The notes beneath the pieces are model-generated. The model did no database searches and was not told where the DNA came from. It was given only the letters and a program-made list of their open reading frames with translations. Positions 37,500 to 50,769 of a stretch of 64,000 bases of DNA are shown here, in pieces. The DNA is from Adineta vaga (taxonomy: Eukaryota; Animalia; Rotifera): contig CP075496.1 in NCBI GenBank assembly GCA_021613535.1, forward strand, positions 10,230,001 through 10,294,000. Reading direction: 5' to 3'. Made by a program: the position numbers and the translations under genes. The number at the start of each line of letters is the position of its first letter. Within the stretch, counting starts at the first letter, position 1.

Positions 37500-38588
37500 A
37501 TGTCTTCATCTTCTCCTCTTACTGTTCCATCTATTGATGAAGTCTATGCAGCTCAAGTTCGTTTGCAAGGTATTATTAATCGTACTCCACTTTTAAAATT
37601 AAATTATGATATTCCTGGTATGGAAATCTATTTGAAATGTGAACAATTTCAACCTATTTCAACATTTAAATTACGTGCAGCTGCTAATGCTGTTCAAATT
37701 TTATCTCCTGAAGAGAAACAAAATGGTGTTGTTACAGCATCTGCAGGTAATATGGCTCAAGGTTTAGCCTGGATTGCTCGAAAAGAAAATCTTAAATGTC
37801 AAGTCTTAGTACCCGACACTGCTAATGAAATTAAAGTAAAAGCAATTGAAAGATTAGGAGGAGAAGTTACTCGATGTTCATTTGAACAATGGTGGCAAGC
37901 GATTGTTACACATCAATGTCCAATGTTGGATGGTCATTTTGTTCATCCAGTATGTGATCGAAATGTAATGGCAGGAAATGGAACGATTGCATTAGAAATA
38001 TTAGATGAATTACCCGATTGTGATGCTATACTCGGTAAGTCAATTTACATACTGATAAAGAATTCTTCGAAAGTATTGATCAGCTATAATTTTCTTTTTC
38101 TTTCAGTTCCTTATGGTGGTGGTGCTCTCATTACTGGTATTGCATCTGTTGCTAAACATCTTAAACCATCTATCGATATATTAGCTTGTGAAATTGAAAC
38201 TGCTGCACCACTGGCTGCTGCATTTCATCACAATCAAATAACTAAAATTCCAATGGAAAAATCATGGGTTGATGGTATTGGTAGTTCAAGTGTTTTAGAT
38301 GAAATGTGGCCATTAGTTAAAACTTATGTCGATCATTCAATTGTTGTCTCATTAAAAGAAACTGCAAGAGCATTAAAAATTTTAATCGAAAGAAATCATT
38401 TCATTTGTGAAGGTGCAAGCGCGACAACAATTGCTGCTGCATTATGGCATTATATGAATTATGTACAAAATGGAAAAGCTAGTTCGAGTCGAAAAGATTC
38501 TCTAAAACAATTTAAAGTTGTAGCAGTTTTATCCGGAGCTGGAATTGATAATGAAACAATTATTAAATGTTTGAACGAAACTTTATAA
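37500..38588 (+). CDS. PLP-dependent serine/threonine dehydratase (fold type II)
   Basis: RTPL, LKCEQFQPISTFKLR (PLP lysine), TASAGN, GNGTIALE, VPYGGGALITG, EGAS, LSGAG. In-frame 72-nt intron at 38035-38106. Confidence 0.92.
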   Translation: MSSSSPLTVPSIDEVYAAQVRLQGIINRTPLLKLNYDIPGMEIYLKCEQFQPISTFKLRAAANAVQILSPEEKQNGVVTASAGNMAQGLAWIARKENLKCQVLVPDTANEIKVKAIERLGGEVTRCSFEQWWQAIVTHQCPMLDGHFVHPVCDRNVMAGNGTIALEILDELPDCDAILGKSIYILIKNSSKVLISYNFLFLSVPYGGGALITGIASVAKHLKPSIDILACEIETAAPLAAAFHHNQITKIPMEKSWVDGIGSSSVLDEMWPLVKTYVDHSIVVSLKETARALKILIERNHFICEGASATTIAAALWHYMNYVQNGKASSSRKDSLKQFKVVAVLSGAGIDNETIIKCLNETL

Positions 38589-39501
38589 GTTCTTTTTTTA
38601 CTAACGTTTTCTTTCTATTGAATCACTGATGTTATATCTAATAAATGAGTCAATATGAAATAAATACTGTCGTTGAGTGCGAATATTACTACGTCGTAAT
38701 GATTCATTTCTTTGACAAGATTATCAAATTGAAGTGCAATGATTTTAAACTAATAGAAATCAACCATGTAAATCTTAAATTATATTTTATTGCAGTTAAT
38801 GCCTTTAAATATCGATATACACTAAATAACAAATGTCATCAAGATTTATGTCTTATCGATAGTAAGAAAAAAACTATGTTTTTATTGATTACTCTTAATG
38901 ACGATCACATTGCCAGAGGAGAAACTAGTTGATATCATAATCATTTCAATGATGTATCTCTAAATAATAACGTTAATTATTCAACTTGAATAATCGATCT
39001 TCTCTAGACAGAAATCTATTGAGAAATCTGTAATTATCCGCTCAGTGTCAAAAGTATCAAATCGAATGATCAGGTATATCCATTAAAATCATTTCCAAAG
39101 TACATCAGACTAATTGATCACCAAGGTTATTCATATAAGGACAAGAATAAATTTGAAAAAAAAAGAGAAAAGTGAGTGGGCTGATTTGATTCATATAGTT
39201 GATGTTCTATGATACATGTATATGTATATATGTATTAACCCATGTGATACGCTAAATTGACTTTCTTTTCTCTCCTTACATCTAATATCGACACATTGAT
39301 GTATAAATAAATGGTGTCTATGCTTGAATGAGTGTTACCTTCCTATGATTTCAACGCAAGACTCACAGATTAATATATACGGTATATTCTTACATTTTTT
39401 TTACACATTTCAGCTTTTGTACACCTATCAATAACGATTTTCTCATTGACGGCCACAACCAACGTCAGATAATATTATTATTCATTTAATTGATTTCCAT
39501 T

Positions 39502-42500
39502 ATGTCTGGTTCAAGAAAACAATCAATTGTTTCACGTATTCTTCATTTGTAAGTCAAGACCTAAACATGCATGTGTATATCTGATAATAGATTCGTTCTG
39601 TTGTTTGTTTTATCTCTCTTACATACTAAAAGAATATCGATTACGATGAAAAATAAAAGAGATCTTTTTCTCTTGCAGTTAATATGTTTTGTTTGAAAAG
39701 AAAATATGTTTTTAAAAATACTTTTTACATATGTATATATATATATATATCATCTTTTATTTGTATGAAAAGCAATAAGAATAAAAGAACGGTTTGTTGT
39801 AGAAACGCACTTACAAAAACGCATCATACTTAAGTAACGAACAAAGAAATAATGAAAATTGAAACCAAATGATACTTCTCTTCGTTTCTTTTCGCTTTTT
39901 TTACTTATTCATTCCTTATTCTGTTGTGTAAGATTATCAAATCGAGTCTTTTTTTCTCTGTTAGTCATTATTTACTAAATGAAAGTACACACGATCTAAT
40001 TCTATCCGATTGAAATGATATCAAAGTCATAGATGATAGAAGAGATATATTCGAAATCTGTACTCATCTTCAAAATCGAAATCTATCAAAAAGAGTGAGA
40101 GAGACAGAAATTAATCTTTGACAACAATGAGATAATATTTGGATAAGACAGTATTTCAGATTAAAGAAAGAGAGAAAGAATTCTTTTTCTCTTTCTCAAT
40201 GTTTGATATCACTATGAGAACAGCAGCCAATTTTTCTTGTCATCAAATATCATTCATCAAAGTCTCCTGTTGAGCCATACATCACTTATTTATCTTTCAG
40301 ACGAAAACATACAACAAAATACAAAACGATTTTATCAATATGCCTCGACGTTCATTGCGGCAACGCCGGTAGATATCTCTTTTTTATTCTTCATTTTAAA
40401 ATTTAACAATAGAAATTGATTTATTTTCTTTACAATAATAATATTTTGTCAAGTTTTTTTCTTTCTTTCATCATTTTCGTTATGAAAAAAAGACATCAAG
40501 TTCACATGATATATATATACCTAAAAGATAGAGTTACGTGTTAATAATAACTTATCATACGTGATATTTAGTGAAATATTTAATTAATATGACGTATGAT
40601 TTCACATATCTTTATAGGTATATGATCAGTTTCTTTCTCAAAAGATGTAAAATCATCTCTGTTAATTAAATAGAATTCAATCAAGATCGTATGTTTCAAC
40701 AATTTTCAATCTAAAACTGATCTCTATAATTGAATATCATTGTATTATCAACGAGTCGCCCATCTTTATCTTAAATAATCTGATTTATAGATTAAGATAA
40801 TGTGTCATTACTTTTCTTTTCTTTTCTGTCTACTCATTGTATGCATATGAATATTTGAACGTTCGTACAATATAAATGAGTAAATTGATAGACAGATAAT
40901 GATTTAATCTAATAACTTGATATATTAGAGTAAAAAGATTACTGTTCAGAAACAAGACAGATTTTTAACAAATATATAGAAGACGAAAAAGAAAAAGCCT
41001 ACTGCAGATATACTCTATGACTCTCATTTTTTGACGTGTACAATTATAGAATAGAATTGTGGCTTGCATTGATAGTATCAATTGTCCCTTATCAAGTGAC
41101 AAATATAATATTTTGAGAATGGTAAAAGAGCTTCATATAGAAGATATGAATATTATAAATAATTAACGAAACTAACCAATCTCTCTTTAGAAAGAAAGTA
41201 TTTTCATAGGCTAAACTGTAAATTTCATTTTATTTATAGACATTCAGTTCATCCATCAAATCAAAATGGTCGTAATAATTCAACATCAAATCAAAATCTT
41301 CTTCAACCCGAATCACAAATGAATATAACTAATAATCCATTAACAGCATCGACAGGAGCACCTGAAGGTTCAAACCAAACGTCACCATTGCAATCCGTAA
41401 CACCAGTGAATAATGATGATGAGAATGCTTCAAATAATCGTAATACAACAACAAGTCAATTATTAGTAAGTTTAACAAATTTAACAGCGAATAAAAGTTC
41501 GCATTCATTATTTGCAAAATTTACCGATGCAAAAAAAACTTTATTTGGACGAACAAATGCTCCAGATCCAACATTTTCAGCAGCGGATGAAAATAGAGCA
41601 TTATTAAGTTATATTCTATCAGAAACACATCCCGAATTAGGAGTTATACAAGAATATGAAAGTAACGGTGCACAATTAAATGCAGTTACAGATGAAGGAA
41701 ATACAGCAATACATCTCTTAGCACGAGCAGAACAAGCTTCTATAGAATGTATTACTATTGTTGATTATATTATTAAACGTGGATGTGATCCCAATCGACA
41801 AAATGATTATGGATGGACAGCAGGTTTGTTCAAAATCAAATTAATTCGAATTTAATACATCTCGTTTCATTTAGCTCATTATGCATTTGCAACACGTAAT
41901 TCTGATCTAGCTATCTACCTACTCAAAGTCATGATTGATGTTAATATTTCCACTTACGATATTCATAATGGTTTGTAAAGTTTCTTTCTTCTACTACTAT
42001 TCTACAATAAACTCTCTTTAGGATATGAGTCAAACATATCTTCTACATATCGCTGCACGACAAAATGATGGTGTTCTTATACGTCTTCTTGTTAAAACTT
42101 ATAGAGCACGTATTAATGTTTTTGATGAAGATGGTTGTACACCATTACATATTTGTTGTTATGAAGATAATATAGATGCATTCAAAGCATTACTTGAAAA
42201 TGATGCTGATTTTCAGAAAGGTACACGTTTAAATCCTCATGAAACACCTGTAAGTATTTGTGTTCGATATCAATATGATACTTGTCTACAAGCTTTATTT
42301 GAATTAACAACAAATTTTAATTGGAAACGTTATTTTTCTCAATTACCACGTTCACCATTACTATGTGATTTTCCTAGTATATATGGAATTCGATTACTTG
42401 TTGAACATGGACTTGATATTGATATATGTGATGAACGTGGAAATACATTTTTACATTATATAGTCAATAAAAAAGATATTGATTATGAAGATTATATTGA

Positions 42501-45500
42501 AACCTTAGTAGAAAAATCAGCTGATTTCAATCGACAAAATCGTCTTGGACGAACACCATTTCTTGCAGCACTAGAACAGAAAAATTTTGAATTAATCGCT
42601 GTATTTTTTCGTCATATCGATGTTACAAATATCAATATAGTTGATTCATTATCGAATACAGCATTACATTATTGTAAATATCTCAATGAAACAGTTATTT
42701 ACGATACAGTTTACAAATCAAATCCATCATCATTAGATGCACAAAATCGTGATGGCAATACTCCATTACATGATGCCATTCTGTATGATAATGAACTTTT
42801 TGCACAATATCTTCTTCACCAGGGTGCTAATCTGAATTTAATGAACAAAGAAGGAAATACACCACTTCATTTAGTTGCACGTGATGATAATGGCAAAATG
42901 TGGCGATTGTTAACAAAATATTCTCAATTAAATTTAATTGCAATGAATAAAATGGGAAAAACACCATTACATTTGGCATGTGCACATGAAAGACCGAATG
43001 TTGCTTCTGTATTAATCAATAAAATAAAAATTGAAGAAATTAATTTATTAGACAAACAAGGACGTACACCATTACATGAATGTGCAGAAAATCTTAATGG
43101 ATCATTAGCAAAACATTTAATACGACATGGTGCAGATGAAAATGCTAAAGATAGTCGACAAAATACTGTTTTACATTTAGCTACAGAAAAAGGTATTATA
43201 GTAGACTAAATATCATAGATACTTTTTAAACTTCTTCTTATTTTGTTTAGGTAATCTTGAATTAGTTCGTACATTGATAAAATCATCATCGATTGATATA
43301 AATCAATTAAATGCTGATATGCATTCACCACTTGGTCTTTCAATATTATATAATCATGATGATGTTAGTAAATTCTTACTTGAAGAAGAAAACACTCGTG
43401 TTCAATCGAGTGATTTAAAAATGGCAATGCAAATGAATAGTTTTGAAATGGTGAAATTATTAATTGAAAAAGATCGAAATTGTTTACGTGTACGATCAAC
43501 AACACATGGAGATATGATTATACATATATTTATGAGAAGAAATTTCAATAATTTAGTTTGTTTAGAATCATTACTTTCATTTATATCTGATAATGAATTA
43601 TTAACGTATTTATCAGAAAATAGTTTAACATTCGGAGATAATCTACTTCATATTGCAGGTAAGTAAAAGAATAAAGATAGTTAAGTCGTGTCAAGTAATT
43701 CAGAGAGTATCTACGACATGTGTTGAAATAAATTCGACAATTATTCATCATAAATTTATTCAATTTTGATACTATTTGAGATATGATTTCTTCTAGCTCG
43801 TGAAGATACTCCAAATGCTTTGACATGTTTCTTAAATTTATCTCGTGTAAAATTTTGGTTTTGGGCGAATATGATGTTGACAAAAAATACTGAAAATAAA
43901 ACGCCATTAGAATTAGCTAATGAATTTAAACATTATGCTATTATTAAACTAATTAATTCGAAATGGAAAGAATCGTATGAATATTTATCACATTCATTAC
44001 GTGATGGTCATTGTGGTGTATCATCAACAGGTGTAACACAATCGAAACGACGATGTTATAATTGTAATCAAACAGGTTTTATCGAATTAAGTAATGGACA
44101 AAATATTCGACCATGTCCTAAATGCAACGTCTGCTTATATAAATCTCAGGATAATAGTATGCAAGTATTTCTAGCACTATTATTCAGTGATGAATCAAGT
44201 ACGATTGCACTTGATATTATGGATTCATTAATAGTTATCAATGAAGTGCAAAAAGCTGTTCATCTTTATCTTGATCATATTGAACCATGGTAAGAATACG
44301 ATGTCAATAATAATGAGTCGAACTTATTAAGATTTTATTTTTTAGGGAAGAATTTGATAAAATTGATTTAGGTGATTCAACAAGTCTTTTAAATCATTTA
44401 GTCTATGGTACTGATAGTCAAAAGGTTTGTTACTATTAAGATTCATATTTGAATAATTAAGATTGAATTTTAGCAACCAAGTAGAAATCATTCTCGTAAT
44501 CCATCTGTATCACTTATACCGCCTCCAACTACTTCGAATGCATCCGCATTACCATTAACAACAAATAAAGTATTAGTTTCATCTCAAACTAATTCCTGTT
44601 TTGAATCCAAGTGGAGCTAATCTTTTGTCCGTACCAGGACCAACAATAAATCCTACATATGAGTCTCAACCTTCAATAACAAATACAAAATTTCGACCTG
44701 ATGGCACACAGTATCGTTCTATAGCACCATTAGAAGCAATATATTATCATGAACGTTTAGATCTAATAACTCATCCACTGATTAAAGGTAATATATCTAA
44801 TTCTAAAAAGTATAAAATTAGTTTCGTGTCTTGACTATCATCTATACTCGACCGTGATTATAATTCATCTCTTTCATTCTGCTTTAAAGGTTTGATCAAA
44901 TGGAAATGGGATAATTATGCTGCAAAACATTTTTATCTCGGTTTATTACTTGAAACATTGTTTCTTATTTCATGGACATGTATTTCTTTGATTGTTCCTT
45001 TTCCAGTTCGATATGTTTATCGTTTTCCACAAGATATATGGCGTTGCCTATTATGGGCAATAAGTATTGCATTTTTGATATGGGAAATCATTCGTGAAAT
45101 GTTTGATATATCCTATGCAAGAAAACGTTATGAAGATTATCTGATATGGGAAAGTCAACGAACAAAAAATCGATTAGATTTAATTTCAAAAAATAAATAT
45201 AAATCGAATACTGGAATACAATCAACAACGACTCCATTTGGTAAGACAGAAAGTGTAATTAAAATTGAAAATGAAACAGGTGAAACAGAACATATGACAG
45301 TCAATGAAACAACAAATACAGCTATGTCATCAAATATCAGTTTCACACCTATGCGTTCACATCATTCTCAACATCATCCCTTACCAGCAACAGTACCAAC
45401 GATAATCAAAGGTAAACTAACTGAACCAGTACCAAATCAACAGCAACCGATTGATGCCCCATTGAATTCATTTGATCCATCCAATACTCTTCTTAATGGT

Positions 45501-47545
45501 ACAAAAAAGAAGAATGTACCAAATACATCATCTACTTCCGATGCTAATCCACCTCGAACTCCATCACGATTTGTTCAATTCATTCAACGTCTTCGAGCTC
45601 GAATAAAAGCACGTTTTCGATCATATTATATGTATTATTCATTGAATAATCTATTCGATTGGATTATATTTATACTCTGTTTAATAACAATTATTACGCA
45701 TTTTATTGATGTCGCATCTCATAGTGTAATACGTGCACGTGTTCACATGTACATCGCTTCAATAACAGTTTTAGCCATTTGGTTTCGATTTATGGTCTTC
45801 TTTCGAACAATATCAATAACATTGAAAACATTAAGATCCAAAATAGTAGAAATCAAATTAGGAGAATTAGTTATTATGGTAAGTAAGCAAGAACAAAAAA
45901 AAAACGAATGATTATCATCATACAATGCGCACAGAATGTAGATGAATTTATCTCATAGTCTCAGTTGATGACATGAAGTAGACGATTTGAAAATGAATTG
46001 AAGTTAAGTAATAACATCAAATAGAAATGTACTTTTGTACATAAAAACTCGTAGAAAGTACTCTAACAATGCATATATTCGTAAATAGAAGAGATACAAA
46101 TTCAATTCATTTGATTTTTAACAAATGTACAATATTTTTAGGTTCGAATGATGTTCGATGATATAATACGGTTTCTATTCGTATTTATCTTTCTTCTGGC
46201 TCCATATGCATTAGTTTTCTTTTTTGTCTTTGGTGGTCGACAAATTCGTCATAGTGATTATGAACAACAGCCTCAACTTTGTGAAACAGCATTACTCTAT
46301 TGTCCCATGGTTGATACTCAAACATTGGATGATGCTAATTCTCCAATAGGTGAAGTTCGAAGTCGATATAAATTCAATGGTACATCATCCACTCTGGGAG
46401 ATTTGTGTTACAATGCAACCAATTCTTGTGAAATTGTCGAGCAAAATGGTTTTGAAAATTTTTACTCATTACTTTTCTCCATCTTTCGAATTGCTCTAGT
46501 TGATGATAGTAAGAATAAGAATCAAATCATCTGTTAACCTCTGTCATATCTCTTTCTTTCTTTCTTTCTTTCTTTCTTTTCATTAGTTCCAATCGATGGT
46601 TTTAATCAAATTGATCGTTATTTTGCATCATTTGTTTGTGGTACATATTTATTGTTTACTGCCATATTATCTATAAATATATTCATTGGTCTCATATCAA
46701 ATGCTTTACAAACAGAAGCATTCTCAACAGTTGAAGCACGTTTTCTTCTTGAACGTATTGAAGTTATATTAAATTATGAATGGCGTTTATCTGCTCGAAA
46801 ACGTTTACAATTACAAGAAATTATACATCGTCAATGTGCACCATTACAATTGAGTTGGAAAGAAATTAATTTTGATGCATTTGGACAAACACGTGAAGAA
46901 CAGCAAGCAAAAGTATTTACTCATTTTCGACAAACGATCGAAAAACATAACATACAATTTGATACATTTCGTATTAATGTACAACAGAAACTAAATGATA
47001 TCGATTTAGCATTAATGAAAATACAATCGAGTACACAGAAATTATCTACACCATCACCTGGTACTCTACAACAAGCTAAAACAGATTCAACATCATCAGA
47101 TCATTCATCGAAAAATCCAGTTAATGAACAAGTCGATTTACCAAAATCATCATCAACAGTTGCAACAACAGAATCAAATGAAGCTATATTTAATGAATTA
47201 ACTCGATTGAGAGAATTGATAGAAGACACATTTGCGAGACAAACAGATCAAACTTCAATTCATCATGGTCGAGCATTACCTGGTTCAATGAGTAGTGCAA
47301 CTACCAGTCGCCGATCAATCGTAGGTTTACCACCGACAACAACAACAACAGCAGCAACAGGAGCTGGAACACAACATGATACTCAATTTCAATCATTTTC
47401 ACATCATTTAAATGAACGTGTAACTGATTTGCAATTAGCTGTTAATCGTCTTCATCAAGAAGTCACTTCTATTCGGCAAGTAATTGAACGAATGTCTCCA
47501 TTATCAGCTAGTCTTATTCTTGGTAGGACAGCTGGACGACGATGA
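39502..47545 (+). CDS. Ankyrin-repeat TRP cation channel (TRPV/TRPA-like, possibly TRPVL)
   Basis: About 15 or more ankyrin repeats (GNTPLH etc.); LITHPLIKGLIKWKWDNY; six TM segments; GELVIMVRMMFDDIIRFLFVF; pore FRIALVDD; S6 LSINIFIGLISN; C-terminal coiled coil. First exon 39502-39548 inferred from phase match to the acceptor at 41239. Confidence 0.88.
46552..46578. repeat. (CTTT)n microsatellite in an intron polypyrimidine tract
   Basis: Seen directly. Confidence 0.8.
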
Positions 47546-47838
47546 AATTTTCCTTCTTTTTTTTTTGCATTTTTTCTGTCTGTTTTTATGCAGTCATAAC
47601 ATGACTGAATACTTCCATTTGTATAACACATACACGCTCGAAATACATACTCAAGAATATGAAATATATTGACTAATCTAAGGATTATTGGAAAAATCAA
47701 TGAAATATTTAAAGTTATAGGAACTTAGTATTGCTTCGAACAACTTGTTTAAAAGCTATTTATCCCAAGGAAAGAATTCTACGTCATATGATAAACGGTA
47801 GATAGAAAGACATTGTGAAATCAAAAAATTTGACTGTT

Positions 47839-48767
47839 TTATATCGATTGGGATGCATCGTAGACGAGATCAGCATACACAGGAAAATGATCAGACGGAA
47901 AATATCCTTCTTCGTCATGATAATCATCTACTTTTGTTTCACCTGCCACTCGATATACACTTTTCGAGGATATCCAAACAAAATCAATTTTTGGTCCATA
48001 ACCTGCTTTTCGAAAACCATTAAAAGATGGTGTTTCACCATGTTCGTATGTGTCAACAAATCCGGCTGCTTTCATTTGTTCAATTTCAGATGCTTTCTGT
48101 CCTGCAAGAATAAGTTCATGAATAGGTGTGATACCGTCAACTTCTTCTGGCCAATTATTGAAATCACCCATAACAATAATTCGATCGATATGATCATGAT
48201 TCTGTTGTATTTGAGAAAGAAGTAGAGGTATGGAGTGATGTTGAGCATTTTGTGATGGATAATCAAGATGAAGATTGTAGATGATGAACGGTTGTTGAGT
48301 GAGTTTGTGTTGAAAATGAGCACGAGTACAACCACGTGGATGTTTTGCACCCCAAGCGGGAGCAGCTGAGAATGGATTTTGATTGAACCAGAATATTTTT
48401 GTTGAGATGAGTGAGAAGAGATCATACCGATAGTAGATAGCATTCGTGGTTTGCCAAGGATCCTTGAGATCATCACCTACCCATGACCAAAGTTGTGAAG
48501 ATCTATAGAATACAACATAACACGGTAATTGAGTAATAATTAGTAGAAATGTTACTGATTGAGATCATTTAAAATATCATTATGTTGCAGTGGAATACCT
48601 TCTTGTGTTCCAATAATTGTTGGTTGGATGTTTCGAAGACATTGATAGACAATTGGTTTGCGTTTTTCCCATGCATTTGGTGTACCATGATCGATATCAT
48701 CATAACGTAAATTAAAGGTACAAACACGCACAACTGGTTTATTATTATCGTGGATAATCTTATTCAT
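47839..48767 (-). CDS. Endonuclease/exonuclease/phosphatase (EEP-1-type) hydrolase (2 exons)
   Basis: VCTFNLRYD...WEKRK, IIGTQE, NAIYY, FWFN...WGAKHPRGCT, YNLHLDY, VMGDFN, KIDFVW, PSDHFPVYADL. Intron 48555-48503. Confidence 0.92.
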
Positions 48768-48837
48768 GATGTTTTTCTATCATATCATATGCTTCTATCT
48801 ATATTAGAAAGTCATAAAATTTATGCATCGATTACAG

Positions 48838-48856
48838 GAGAGAGAGAGAGAGAGAG
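48838..48856. repeat. (GA)n microsatellite upstream of the EEP gene
   Basis: Seen directly. Confidence 0.8.
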
Positions 48857-49461
48857 GGAAGGAGGGGAGAAACAAATTCATAAACTCGCACTGTTCTCGT
48901 TTTCTATTCTGTATTGACTGAAGAAAAATCATTCTTTTTTCATCGAATCAAATGCAAAACACGCAAATCATTAATCGTATTCTGTGTTTGAAGTCAAAGC
49001 AATAATAACACGTGTTTCTCGAAAATTTGTCTATACCCGAGTAACAAAGAATAGAAAAGAAAATAGTGTGTGTAAAAACGATTAAATATCAAACGATAGA
49101 ATGAGATAATAATGCCATTGATTTTAATACGAATAACAAAAGAGTTAGTTTTATGCACACATGTTTTCTTTCTTTATTGAAAAACTTTGCGCCATAATTA
49201 TGATAGAAATAGTTTGTTTGATAAAAATTGAATTGATTAATTATCTCTTATAATATTTAGAGAGAACTAATTCTATTTGTAATTGTTGTTTTATTGAAAA
49301 TTCATTAATTAATAGTATATAAAATATATAATTTTTCATAAGATGACTCAAATTCATTCATTGATTTTTTTCAGAGAAAAAGTTTTAAGAAAAAGTGTTT
49401 CAAATAAGGATTAGAATATAAAAATAAAGGATCAATCTTTTTTGATATTCATTCGATTATC

Positions 49462-50769
49462 TTAAAGTTTAAGTATAGAATCACTTAGACCAAGCCATGT
49501 CTTGTATGTTCCAGTAGTCATTGGTTTACCTGTAAAAAGAACATAAACAATTTCATTTATTTGAAAATTTGTCTTATGATATAAAAACAACTTACATCGT
49601 GGTCTTTTGTATTCAGTATCCGTTGGCCAATAAGCAAAACCATCTTTTGCATGACGTTCGTAACGATTTGAATATTGTGATAATGATGGTCGACGATTTA
49701 ATTGTGCAGTTGCTGACCATGTCAATGGATCTGCTGATTGTGCTGCCGAATTCGATGTTGAATATGATAAATCTTGACTTGATGATGTTGGTGCCAGTTG
49801 TTGTGGTTGCGTCATTGGTGGATAACCATATCGTGGTATGGGATATTTAAATGTATCATCAACTCGTACAGTGCCTAAATAAATAAATCAATATAGAGAA
49901 GAAAACAATGAGAAATTTGATTGAGAGAAAACCATCAACAAATGCAAGATTTGAACCAGAGTATGTATTTGTTTGTTTGATATGACGCCAAAAACCTCCA
50001 GCACGACCTAAGCGCATTCTAAAAAGAAGAACAATACGAAATCTTTCTCTGTTAGATGTGTTTGTTCTCGTGTTATCATTACTTTGGAAGACTACTACCA
50101 CCAGCTTTATAAGGTGTTGTTAAATTTTGTTTAAGAGCATCACGATAAATCATCAAAGAACCTAATTGTTCATCATTAACACCATTCCAATTTGTACTTT
50201 GCGTTGATGGATTGAATTGAAAATTATTTCCAACAACATTCCTTTGAAACAAGTAATGAAAGAACTTCTTTTTCTTTACAAAACTATTTCTGCATACTTT
50301 TGAGTATAAGGTAATGGTGGATTATTATTAAATGGTTTGATTGATGTTGAAGCATAATCATTTGAATTATCACAATTTTCATAGATTTGTTGTTCATTAT
50401 TATAATCATTTTGATAAAAAGAATCAGTATTACCTAAACTACCTTGATTATCAGATTCCGAAGGACATGAACATTTTCCTTTACAGCCGTGTACAGGACA
50501 ATTCTATATCAAATGGAAAATCGACTTGAAGAATGAAATGAAGAAGAATAAACCTCATCAACAAGTAATACAACTGATGGTTGTCGTTTAAGTTTTGGTT
50601 GAGAACTAAATCCTCCTGGTTTAAAACGAAATGTAGGCACTGATGATCTAAAAATTCCAATGATATTCATAGTCTTATCTAAGATAACATCGGATGTGTC
50701 GCATCTTTACTTCGCTCGTCGAAGAAGATATTTGGAACCGAATGAAGGATTTTGTATCGCGTCACTCAT
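49462..50769 (-). CDS. Uncharacterised multi-exon protein (Tyr/Pro/Gly-rich, small Cys-His cluster)
   Basis: About 7 in-phase GT-AG exons: MSDAIQNPSFGSKYLLRRAK|SSVPTFRFKPGG...|NCPVHGCKGKCSC...|MRLGRAGGFWRH...LAFVDG|TVRVDD...GFAYWPTDTEYKRPR|. Confidence 0.75.
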
